From Desulfomonilaceae bacterium (lineage in GTDB: Bacteria > Desulfobacterota > Desulfomonilia > Desulfomonilales > Desulfomonilaceae), in contig JAVHLK010000076.1 in NCBI GenBank assembly GCA_031082285.1, positions 1 to 24,412 of the forward strand: DNA of 24,412 nucleotides, written 5' to 3'. Of this stretch, positions 1 to 7,876 are shown piece after piece. Both the position numbers and the translations under genes were made by a program. Positions within the stretch are counted from its first letter, which is position 1. Each line of letters starts with the position of its first letter. Below the pieces are notes generated by a model that had not been told where the DNA came from, ran no database searches, and saw only the letters and a list, made by a program, of their open reading frames with translations.

Positions 1-2
1 TG

Positions 3-284
3 AAATACGTTGCCTTGGTGTTGCTCGATGCTATTGAAGAAAAGGCGGTACGGTTGTCGATAGACAAGGACGCAGGCGTAACGGTTTATGGAGACAAGGC
101 GTACGAACTGCCCAAAGCACCGGCACATTTCATTGCGCGAGGTCTTGAAATCTTAAGAGAAATCACCGGGATGGAAGGCGGTGTCGCTCAGGGAACCCTT
201 TCCCTTGGGATACGAAGCGGCAGCCTCGATCTGATTATTCAGAAGGAAGCGGGAAAGCACATCATCAATATACCGGGCATCTGA
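3..284 (+). CDS. C-terminal fragment of an unidentified protein; the ORF is open to the window start, with TTG/GTG at 15/18 as possible internal starts only
   Basis: Frame 3 is open from position 3 and stops at 282-284. I recognise no family motif. It is convergent with mazG. Confidence 0.35.
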   Translation, partial: KYVALVLLDAIEEKAVRLSIDKDAGVTVYGDKAYELPKAPAHFIARGLEILREITGMEGGVAQGTLSLGIRSGSLDLIIQKEAGKHIINIPGI

Positions 285-289
285 CGATT

Positions 290-330
290 CCGGGTAAGAG
301 TGGGCCGCGGGGAAACGTCTTACCGGGAGG
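290..330. terminator. Hairpin between convergent genes (CCGGGTAAGA / TCTTACCGGG arms, ~18-nt loop); possible bidirectional terminator lacking a clear U-tract
   Basis: Inverted repeat read directly at 295-304 / 319-330, lying between the stop of the upstream fragment ORF and the stop of mazG. Confidence 0.3.
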
Positions 331-333
331 GGT

Positions 334-1149
334 TCAAGATCGGGTATGCTCCTGATTCTTGGCCTCGTCCCACAGCCTGTCCATTTCCTTGAGGTCCGCG
401 TCTTCAAGGGACCGACCCTGAGCTTTCAGCCCTGATTCGATGAAGCGAAACCGGCGTTCAAATTTGTCGGAAGTGTCGTTGAGCGCGGCTTCGCTGTTGA
501 CCTTCAGGTGTCTGCCCGCGTTGACGATCACGAAGAGGAGATCGCCCAGTTCTTCCCGGATTGCCCGGGAGGACTGAGCGGAGACCGCGTCACGCAGTTC
601 GTTGAGTTCTTCGTCGATCTTGTCGAATACGTCCTCGGGCCGCGTCCAGTCGAACCCTACCTTAGCGGCTCTGCCGGCCAGCTTCTGTGCGCGGCTGAGC
701 GCGGGGAGCGACCGAGGAACTCCGTCCAAGATAGAATCTCTTCGGCTGATATTCCTTTCGCCCGCTTTGATCTCTCGCCATTTATCGATCACCTCGCCCG
801 AGTTCGTCGCAGTCGCGTCACCGAAGACGTGAGGATGACGACGCGTCATCTTTTCGATTACGCCTTCGACAACATCCTTGAGCGTTGTGAGTCCCTGCTG
901 CTCGAACATATAGGCAACAAAGATCACCAGAAAAATGAGGTCGCCCATTTCATCGGCGATTTCCTCCTTGTCGCCTTGGTTCATTGCATGGACCATCTCG
1001 TGGTATTCTTCGAGGATGTACGGGTGGAAGGACTGCGGAGTCTGCTCCTTGTCCCAAGGGCACCCGTTTTCCGAACGGAGGATCCGTATCAAGGTTATCA
1101 ATTTGCCGAACATTTCGGCACCGTCGGTCGACACAGTGGAATCAATCAT
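334..1149 (-). CDS. mazG: Nucleoside triphosphate pyrophosphohydrolase MazG (tandem MazG domains)
   Basis: Translation contains RSENGCPWDKEQT...EEYHEMVHA...EEIADEMGDLIF and a second EELGDLLF repeat, typical of two-domain MazG. I chose the internal ATG at 1149 (MIDSTV...) over the ORF-track start at 1269 on length grounds (272 aa). Confidence 0.85.
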   Translation of the reverse strand: MIDSTVSTDGAEMFGKLITLIRILRSENGCPWDKEQTPQSFHPYILEEYHEMVHAMNQGDKEEIADEMGDLIFLVIFVAYMFEQQGLTTLKDVVEGVIEKMTRRHPHVFGDATATNSGEVIDKWREIKAGERNISRRDSILDGVPRSLPALSRAQKLAGRAAKVGFDWTRPEDVFDKIDEELNELRDAVSAQSSRAIREELGDLLFVIVNAGRHLKVNSEAALNDTSDKFERRFRFIESGLKAQGRSLEDADLKEMDRLWDEAKNQEHTRS

Positions 1150-1350
1150 GATCTTGGGCTTTCTTAATCTTATGTACAACCCACGAGAGTGTACGGTATG
1201 TCGGTCCCGGGGGGCGTGATCCTCACGTTCTCCGCGGTTCCCTACGTTTCCTGGCGCGAGAACTTGCAATAGCCGGAGCAGCCGTTTACATTTTCGTCCG
1301 GAAGCGGTATCAGTCTATATGCTGCCTTGAAGAGGTTCAATAGGTTGAAG

Positions 1351-1380
1351 TTGATTGTGGTTGGAGAATAGTGATATTAT
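1351..1380 (+). promoter_or_regulatory. Sigma70-like promoter candidate TTGATT-N18-TATTAT, oriented toward phoH
   Basis: Hexamers read at 1351-1356 and 1375-1380 in the mazG/phoH divergent region. It would give a ~340-nt leader. Confidence 0.3.
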
Positions 1381-1729
1381 TTGGACCCGGTGACGGAATG
1401 GACGCAGCTCGCGTGAAGTCTCCCGTATGGAGCCGAGCTGCTTCGGGATACGCGCGGGGGTTGAGTGCACCTGAATCTCAGGGTTCATAATACCGCGCAC
1501 CATGCAGGGCATTTATGCCCGTGTCCCGGGAGGAACCCCGGCGGTTCCTCCAAAGAGTAGGAACGGCCATGCATCGTGGCGCCCTGGGACGCATCATCGT
1601 CGACGCGGCCGGGGAGACGAGGACACCCCGGACGCATGCTCGCTGCAGGACGAATAGTGACGGACATTCGAGGCGGTTTCGTCGGAGCATGAGGACATCT
1701 GTTGGTGTCGGGGAGCGCGTGGAGGGTTC

Positions 1730-2728
1730 TTGAGGACAAATCCGGTTCAGGAAGGCGAAAAAGCGCCGCGTAAAGTGAGCTTCAACGATATAGGAGCCTT
1801 TCAAGCGCTTGTCGGCGAGCTGAGCAAGAATATCAAGTACGTCGAGAAATGCCTGAATGTGACGATCTCGATTAAAGGAAATACGGTAGCCATATTCGGC
1901 GACCCCCCCAATGACGACGTCGCGGAGCGCTTGCTCAAACAGTTGTACCCGTTGGCACGGGAGGGTTTTCCCATACACGCCGTGGACATCGACCAAGGGG
2001 TTCGCTTGCTTCTGGAGAACCCCCAGGCCAAATTACGAGATCTGTTGAGAGACACGGTGTTCACTTCGCCCGGCAAGAGACCGATCACGGCGAAGTCGCT
2101 GATGCAAAGGAAGTATATCCAAGCAATCCAGTCCCACGACATAGTATTTGGAATCGGCCCTGCCGGCACGGGTAAGACTTTTTTGGCCATGGCCATGGCC
2201 ATGGCCGCGCTTTCAAAGAAGGCCGCTCGGAGGATCGTCTTGGCGCGGCCGGCCGTGGAGGCTGGAGAAAAGCTCGGTTTCCTCCCTGGTGACCTCTACG
2301 AGAAGGTCAATCCGTACCTCAGGCCTCTGTACGACGCGCTCCATGACATGATCGATTTCGACAAGGCGTCTCGGATGATCGAAAGAGGCGATATCGAAGT
2401 GGCTCCTTTGGCTTTTATGAGAGGGAGAACCCTCAATGATTCTTTTGTCATACTTGATGAAGCCCAGAACACGACGTCGGAGCAGATGAAGATGTTTCTC
2501 ACCCGCCTGGGTTATTCATCCAAAGCGGTGATCACGGGGGACATCACACAGATAGATCTTCCTGACGGAGTTAGGTCCGGCCTTGTGGAGGCACGAGATA
2601 TACTGGGTCATATTGAAGGAATATCAATAGTTGTTTTTACCGAGCAAGATGTGGTACGTCACCCTCTGGTTCAGGAAATCATCAGGGCTTACGAGGCCCG
2701 TTCAACCAGTGGAAGGCCCCGGAGTTGA
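1730..2728 (+). CDS. phoH: PhoH-like ATPase (YbeZ/PhoH family)
   Basis: Walker [14 protein letters not shown], followed by [17 protein letters not shown]...[11 protein letters not shown]...[23 protein letters not shown]...AVITGD(I)TQIDLP, near-identical in pattern to E. coli YbeZ. TTG start with GGAGGG 3-4 nt upstream. Confidence 0.9.
   Translation: MRTNPVQEGEKAPRKVSFNDIGAFQALVGELSKNIKYVEKCLNVTISIKGNTVAIFGDPPNDDVAERLLKQLYPLAREGFPIHAVDIDQGVRLLLENPQAKLRDLLRDTVFTSPGKRPITAKSLMQRKYIQAIQSHDIVFGIGPAGTGKTFLAMAMAMAALSKKAARRIVLARPAVEAGEKLGFLPGDLYEKVNPYLRPLYDALHDMIDFDKASRMIERGDIEVAPLAFMRGRTLNDSFVILDEAQNTTSEQMKMFLTRLGYSSKAVITGDITQIDLPDGVRSGLVEARDILGHIEGISIVVFTEQDVVRHPLVQEIIRAYEARSTSGRPRS
2185..2206 (+). 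repeat. Hexanucleotide tandem repeat (GGCCAT)x3.7 inside phoH, encoding AMAMAMA and creating three NcoI sites
   Basis: Read directly: ggccatggccatggccatggcc. Confidence 0.6.
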
Positions 2729-2734
2729 TAGGAA

Positions 2735-5227
2735 ATGCCGCAGTCCCTTGACAAGAAGAAAGCGTGCGAGGACACGAGCAGACTTGCCAGGCTACGAGAG
2801 AGATCGGTTCACATCCGAAAAGCTGTCCGCAAATGGCTCCCGTCATGGATACACGGCTTAACGGAACCGAAATGGCAGCGCTGGGGGCTGATAATCGGCA
2901 CGTCTCTGTTTGCCGCGTTCCTGATGGCTCCCAAGTCCATGCATGTGTACAGCTTGGCGGTCGGCGAGACCGCTCCCGAAACCATCATTTCTCCCATAAC
3001 CTTCAAGGTGGTCGATGAAGAGGCGACCAATAAGAGACGCGACGAGGTACTGAAGTCCGTAAGACCTGTCTACGACCTTGATGATGAAATGGTCAACGAC
3101 GTGAACTCGAGGATAACTCAGGCCTTCAAATTCATAAACCAGTACCTGGAAGAAGAAGCAGACTATCGTTCCAGGGAACTGGACAAATCAACGGAGAGAG
3201 CCAAGGGGGACACGTCCAAGAGAGGAGATGCCGCGGCATTCCGTCCGCTTGACGACAGCACGTTACGGACCCGGTACGAAAACCTCCTGGGAGCCAGAGT
3301 TTCTCCGTCCAACTTCGCGCTTCTTAAGGCCATGGGGTTCAACGCTCGCATCGAGGAAGATCTGAGGTCGCTGGTGGTACCGGTCCTGCTCAAAGGAGTC
3401 GTGCTCAGCCACGATTTGGTGAGGAGAGACGGCCAACACGGCATTCTTCTTCGCAGCAAGTCCAAACAGAAATTGGAGCCCCTGAGAGACCTCAACGCGA
3501 TTTACGACCTCAAACAAGCGGTCAACTTCATCAACAACCTTGAGAACGAGCCTTCGCGAGATACGTCGTATTCCCGGGCGATCCGTCAAATCGCGATGGA
3601 TCTGGTCAATGTCAACATTACATACAATCGGGAAGAGAGCGACAAACTCAAGCAGGAAGCACAGAAGTCGATCAAGGACGTGTATTTCGAGGTCGGCAAA
3701 GGAGAGCCGATCATACGGGAAGGCGATCCGGTCAATAAAGGCCACCAGTTGAAGCTTGCTCAGCTCAACAAATCCAATCCTATGTACAGCCGCTACATGA
3801 TTCTGGCGGGACTCACGCTCCTTTTGGTGCTCCTTCTCCAGTTCTGCTTTCACTTCTCGGAAAAGTACCTGGATCGCTCTGCAAGCGCAATCGAGGATCT
3901 CTTGTTGTTCTGTCTTCTCCTTGTTGGGACGATCGCGCTGGCACGTTTCACCGCTTCATTGTCGCCGTTGTTGGCTTCAGTTGGAGAAGGCATGGACTCG
4001 CGATCCATTCTGTACGCCGCTCCGGTGGCCACTGCGGCAATGTTGGCGGCACTCATGGTGGATGCGCGGATTGCCTTCATTTTCGCCGCATTAACGGCGG
4101 TGACCGCGACGCTGGCAGTGGAAGGCGACGTGTATCTCTTTTCCTTCTACCTGGTATCGGGCATCGTGGGACTCCACGGCATGACCCACATCACCGACCG
4201 GACATCGGTGCTCAAGGCCGGAACGTTCGTCGGACTGGTGAACATGCTGTCCATCCTCGCCATACGCATGGCCATTGGCGAACTGACCACTCTGGAAAAC
4301 ATCTATACCATCGGCATCGGATTCCTGGGCGGAGTCTTTTCGGCACTCCTGGTATCGGGTTTGGCCCCATTGCTGGAACCGCTGGGATACACGACCAATG
4401 TAAGGCTGCTCGAATTGGCCAACCTGAATCACCCGCTGCTCAAAGAAATGGCTCTGCAGGCTCCTGGAACGTATCATCACTCAATGATGGTCGGTAACCT
4501 GGTCGAAGCGGCCGCGGAAAAGATAGGAGCCAATCCGCTCCTTGCGAGAGTCGGAGCGCTCTACCACGACATCGGAAAAGCGGGCAAGAAGACGAAGCAG
4601 TACTATTTCATCGAGAATCAAGAACGCGGAGGCAATCCCCACGACAAGCTCGAACCGAGCATGAGCGCCCTGATCCTTGTGTCTCATGTGAAGTACGGTG
4701 TTGAAAAGGCGCGAGAACACAAACTGGGCGCGCCCATTATCGACATCATTCAACAACATCACGGGACGAATCTGATCAAGTTTTTCTACACCAAGGCGCT
4801 GGAGAAGGCTGAGAAAAACCATCAATCCGTGAGCGAAGACAAGTACCGGTACTCCGGGCCTCGCCCTCGATCCAAAGAAGCCGCGTTGGTAATGTTGGCG
4901 GACGTCTGCGAGGCTGCCTGCAGAACGCTGGCCGAGCCTACTCCCGCACGCATTCAGAAGCGCGTTCAGACGCTCATCATGGGACTGTTCAGTGAAGGAC
5001 AATTGGACGAATCGACGCTGACTCTCAAGGACATTCACGCAATCACCAAATCCTTTGTCCGATCCCTGCAAGGCATTCTTCACTCCCGAATTGACTACCC
5101 GGCAGACGTGCGCGCACAGGAAAAAACCAATGGAGATCTCAGTAAGCAGCAATCAGACAAGAATAGAGATCGACCGTTTCGAATTGATTCGGAAAACATC
5201 GCAAGTATTAGAAGACTTGGGCTGTAG
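2735..5227 (+). CDS. 7TM receptor with intracellular HD-domain hydrolase (PgpH/YqfF family; in Listeria this family is a c-di-AMP phosphodiesterase)
   Basis: Long N-terminal extracytoplasmic region, about 7 hydrophobic helices (residues ~340-560), then HD motifs HHSMMVGNL...YHDIGK...QHHGT. Starts 7 nt after the phoH stop, with a GGAA RBS. Confidence 0.85.
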   Translation: MPQSLDKKKACEDTSRLARLRERSVHIRKAVRKWLPSWIHGLTEPKWQRWGLIIGTSLFAAFLMAPKSMHVYSLAVGETAPETIISPITFKVVDEEATNKRRDEVLKSVRPVYDLDDEMVNDVNSRITQAFKFINQYLEEEADYRSRELDKSTERAKGDTSKRGDAAAFRPLDDSTLRTRYENLLGARVSPSNFALLKAMGFNARIEEDLRSLVVPVLLKGVVLSHDLVRRDGQHGILLRSKSKQKLEPLRDLNAIYDLKQAVNFINNLENEPSRDTSYSRAIRQIAMDLVNVNITYNREESDKLKQEAQKSIKDVYFEVGKGEPIIREGDPVNKGHQLKLAQLNKSNPMYSRYMILAGLTLLLVLLLQFCFHFSEKYLDRSASAIEDLLLFCLLLVGTIALARFTASLSPLLASVGEGMDSRSILYAAPVATAAMLAALMVDARIAFIFAALTAVTATLAVEGDVYLFSFYLVSGIVGLHGMTHITDRTSVLKAGTFVGLVNMLSILAIRMAIGELTTLENIYTIGIGFLGGVFSALLVSGLAPLLEPLGYTTNVRLLELANLNHPLLKEMALQAPGTYHHSMMVGNLVEAAAEKIGANPLLARVGALYHDIGKAGKKTKQYYFIENQERGGNPHDKLEPSMSALILVSHVKYGVEKAREHKLGAPIIDIIQQHHGTNLIKFFYTKALEKAEKNHQSVSEDKYRYSGPRPRSKEAALVMLADVCEAACRTLAEPTPARIQKRVQTLIMGLFSEGQLDESTLTLKDIHAITKSFVRSLQGILHSRIDYPADVRAQEKTNGDLSKQQSDKNRDRPFRIDSENIASIRRLGL

Positions 5228-5582
5228 CCCGACCACGTCGCTTTCCATCGCATTTGTCGATTCCGAGGAAATGGCCGAGCTCAACTTGAAGTATCGAGGA
5301 AAGGAAGGGCCTACCAATGTCCTGTCCTTCTCCCAGCAGGAAGGCGAATCTCCCGGAACGCAGCAGGGTCTTCTGGGAGACGTGGTCATCTGTGCCGAAC
5401 GGGTTCGGGAAGACGCTCTGAAACTCGGGTACACGGAGGAAGAAATGGTGCTCTACCTCCTTATCCACGGAATACTCCATTTGACCGGGTACGACCACGC
5501 CGATCCGGACGAAGCGGTCGCCATGCAGGAGAAGGTCGACCTCATATTTCAGCGGTTCTACTCGTCGGAAACTACGACCTAG
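5130..5582 (+). CDS. ybeY: Endoribonuclease YbeY (rRNA maturation factor)
   Basis: LKYRGKEGPTNVLSF and the H-x3-H-x5-H zinc motif HGILHLTGYDH. I chose the ATG at 5130 (MEISV...); this overlaps the 3-prime end of the 7TM-HD ORF by ~98 nt in a different frame. Confidence 0.85.
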   Translation: MEISVSSNQTRIEIDRFELIRKTSQVLEDLGCSPTTSLSIAFVDSEEMAELNLKYRGKEGPTNVLSFSQQEGESPGTQQGLLGDVVICAERVREDALKLGYTEEEMVLYLLIHGILHLTGYDHADPDEAVAMQEKVDLIFQRFYSSETTT

Positions 5583-5626
5583 GGTTTCCACAGGGTCGGG
5601 GCCTAGTCTGAAACCTTCCTTTTTCC
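5583..5626 (+). terminator. Candidate intrinsic terminator after ybeY (GGTTTC...GAAACC stem, then TTCCTTTTTCC)
   Basis: Inverted repeat 5583-5588 / 5610-5615 with a long (21-nt) loop, followed by a T-rich run at 5616-5626. The stem is weak. Confidence 0.3.
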
Positions 5627-5710
5627 GGCAACACAGGCCTGCCCACGCGAACACGGCGGTATTCGGCTCGAGATGGAAATCCGGGAGGCGTACTCCGGCC
5701 GCACGGTCCG

Positions 5711-5920
5711 TCACTCGGAGAACCGGGAAAACCGACGCTTCCACAAAGGAGTTTCTTGGCCGGCGCACCTGCCTTTCATTCGTTCCATGAGATCCGTCAT
5801 GCGGGGGTCGCCTGCAGCCTTTTCCACGACGTATGTGCCGAGCTTCCAGCCGGCGCCCAGAGCCAGACCGACTGCGGCCCAGCCGAGCAGCTTGATGGGA
5901 AGAAGTGCTGGAACTGCCAT
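5711..5920 (-). CDS. Small hypothetical membrane protein (~69 aa; one N-terminal TM helix)
   Basis: MAVPALLPIKLLGWAAVGLALGAGWKLGTYVV... reads like a TM helix. AAGGA lies ~13 nt upstream of the internal ATG at 5920. Codon usage looks genome-like. No homology recognised. Confidence 0.3.
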   Translation of the reverse strand: MAVPALLPIKLLGWAAVGLALGAGWKLGTYVVEKAAGDPRMTDLMERMKGRCAGQETPLWKRRFSRFSE

Positions 5921-6013
5921 GTCTTCACTGTCCTTTCTTCTTTTCATTCTCATCGCCGGCGCGCGGGAAGGGGACCAGGCCGCCTTCCACGAGTCGGTCC
6001 GTTATCACGCGTA

Positions 6014-6041
6014 ATTTTAGTCCGATTCGCGCAAAAGACAA
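6014..6041 (-). promoter_or_regulatory. Sigma70-like promoter candidate TTGTCT-N16-TAAAAT on the minus strand, upstream of the small ORF at 5920
   Basis: Reverse complement of 6036-6041 (agacaa) and 6014-6019 (atttta) with a 16-nt spacer. Confidence 0.3.
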
Positions 6042-6235
6042 GTGAGCCTCAACCTCCCGGGATTCCGCCGGCGACTGGGCTTCAAGAATCAACTTTGCCG
6101 ATTGTTCACCGCATGCGGGCTTCGTATCACATGGCCGTGAAGCACGTTGACAAGGAATCAACTTGACCTTCCCACATTATTGTGGTTTAAGGATTAGGTA
6201 AGGAGAGAGGGTACTATTCAACCAGAGGTCCTGTT

Positions 6236-6478
6236 GTGAGATACCTGCTCTCCGTCCTTGTGTTCGCGTTGTTCCTTTCCGGCTGTTCCGCGACGTCCCT
6301 TTCCCTCACCGATCGATTGAGCGGCTCAACGGTCATGTCCGCGCAGGGTGCAGCCGCCGGCGATTCGTCCGTGCAGGAACCTGCCACGCCCGCCCGGCCG
6401 ACCGCGAGACCGCCCGCGCCCGACGTGGAATCGGTGCAGGCTTCCTACCAAGAGACGTCCCATATGGACCGCTTCTGA
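6236..6478 (+). CDS. Small putative lipoprotein (signal peptide with LSGC lipobox; Pro/Ala-rich tail)
   Basis: MRYLLSVLVFALFLSGCS is a textbook lipoprotein signal peptide. GTG start with AGAGG 7 nt upstream and AAGGAGAGAGGG further up. The C-terminal half is low complexity, which tempers confidence. Confidence 0.4.
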   Translation: MRYLLSVLVFALFLSGCSATSLSLTDRLSGSTVMSAQGAAAGDSSVQEPATPARPTARPPAPDVESVQASYQETSHMDRF

Positions 6479-6533
6479 CACAGATATATCCCCGGTCCCG
6501 AGCGATGGATTCCTTATGTCGGTCCGCGCTGCA

Positions 6534-7442
6534 TCACCCCTCGAAGTACCGGGGTACGACCAGCTTCCTGCCCGCCGTGCTTTGATATTCTTCGTCCGGC
6601 AGGCCGAGCGCAATGATTGCAAAGGTCTGCTCCTTGTCCGGTATTCCCAGGAATCTCGCGATGCTTCGGTCGCGCTTCATGGCCTCAACCGCCATGCCGA
6701 TGAGACAGGTTCCCAAGCCCATGGCGTGGGCTGCCAACAACATGTTCTGCGCGGCCAGCAGGGCATCTTCCTTCGGCAACGTTGCTCCAGGTTTGGAACC
6801 GAGCACAATGGCCGCGTGAGCTCCGTGGAACAGCCGGTCCCGACCCTTTTGCTTCCATTCCATGAGGCCTTCCTCCACATACTCGTAGTACGTGTGGTAG
6901 TAGTCCTCAAGGTCTCGTTTCCCGACCATTCTGAGCAGAAAACGCAACCAGCTCTTTTCGGCAAGCCTGTTCAAACGCAGGTAGAAGCCTCCTACCTTTT
7001 CGGCCAGTCCTATGACGGCATGCCTGGTCGGCAGTATCGTGAAACTCCACCGTTGACTGTTTGTGCCCGAGGGAGCGGTGACTCCTATCTTCACCAGGTC
7101 TTCCAGGAGCGGCCGATCGACCGGTTCGTCTTTGAAATTGCGGCACGAACGCCTTGAGGACATCAGGCGCACCAGCTGGACCGTATCGTATTCTCCATGG
7201 GGGAGCCAACGGTGGTCCGCGTCGAACGTGCCGAATGCGGACTGTTCCTTGTCAAGAGACATGACGCGTACTGCGTCGACAGGGCACACGGCCTCACAAT
7301 GGCCGCAGTTCAACGACCATTTGCCGGTTACCGCGGCTCTTCCCTCCTTCATGGAAATTGTGCCCACCGGGCAGACCTTGACGCACATGCCACAGCCGAT
7401 ACACACATCCTCATCGATCACCGTTGAAACCGTCTGATCCAT
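6534..7442 (-). CDS. Nitroreductase-family flavoprotein fused to an N-terminal 2x[4Fe-4S] ferredoxin domain
   Basis: CIGCGMCVKVCP and CGHCEAVCP cluster motifs, then a nitroreductase-like body (RRSCRNF...SGTNSQRW...). I chose the ATG at 7442 (MDQTVS...), which has AAGGA 6 nt upstream. Confidence 0.85.
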   Translation of the reverse strand: MDQTVSTVIDEDVCIGCGMCVKVCPVGTISMKEGRAAVTGKWSLNCGHCEAVCPVDAVRVMSLDKEQSAFGTFDADHRWLPHGEYDTVQLVRLMSSRRSCRNFKDEPVDRPLLEDLVKIGVTAPSGTNSQRWSFTILPTRHAVIGLAEKVGGFYLRLNRLAEKSWLRFLLRMVGKRDLEDYYHTYYEYVEEGLMEWKQKGRDRLFHGAHAAIVLGSKPGATLPKEDALLAAQNMLLAAHAMGLGTCLIGMAVEAMKRDRSIARFLGIPDKEQTFAIIALGLPDEEYQSTAGRKLVVPRYFEG

Positions 7443-7876
7443 GAATTCCTTTGCTCCTCTGCTCATCGACAACGAAATCCGGCAGACCATCTGATGCTCG
7501 GTCCACGACGTGCGTACAGAGTAGCATTTCGGGCGTCTTTTTGTAAGGATTGGAGCAGGGCCGCTTTGCAGCGGTCCCTCGCTTGGTCGGGCTTCGCGTG
7601 AGCAGGCTCACGCATTCCTCGACTACGGTGTCGCATTCGTAAGATCCCCCGGTACGTGGGAGCGCAATCCTCCCCACGCGGAAAATCGATCACGGGAGTG
7701 ACCACTTGGAGTAGGGGCCCGATCGGATGATTTGACCCCGAGGACGATAGTGATCTAAACTAGTACCGAGGAATTACTCGGTCTCGTGCTCATTTGAATA
7801 CTCGGGAAACCTTCACGATGGGCCGACTTCCGAGCGGTCAACAGGTTCGACGCAGCGTTCAAATAAGGTATTACTC

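Noticed and set aside
1451-1502. tRNA-like 3-prime end (…CCGCGCACCA) with a 6-bp acceptor-like pairing
   Set aside because: Only ~35 nt between the putative acceptor strands, with no D-arm or T-loop consensus; not a tRNA.
1515-1733. 72-aa plus ORF upstream of phoH
   Set aside because: Arg-rich junk translation lying over the hairpin cluster; treated as non-coding leader.
6348-7157. 269-aa plus-strand ORF antisense to the nitroreductase gene
   Set aside because: Arg/Pro-rich low-complexity translation, no RBS, fully antisense to a gene with clear motifs. This is a typical GC-rich shadow ORF.
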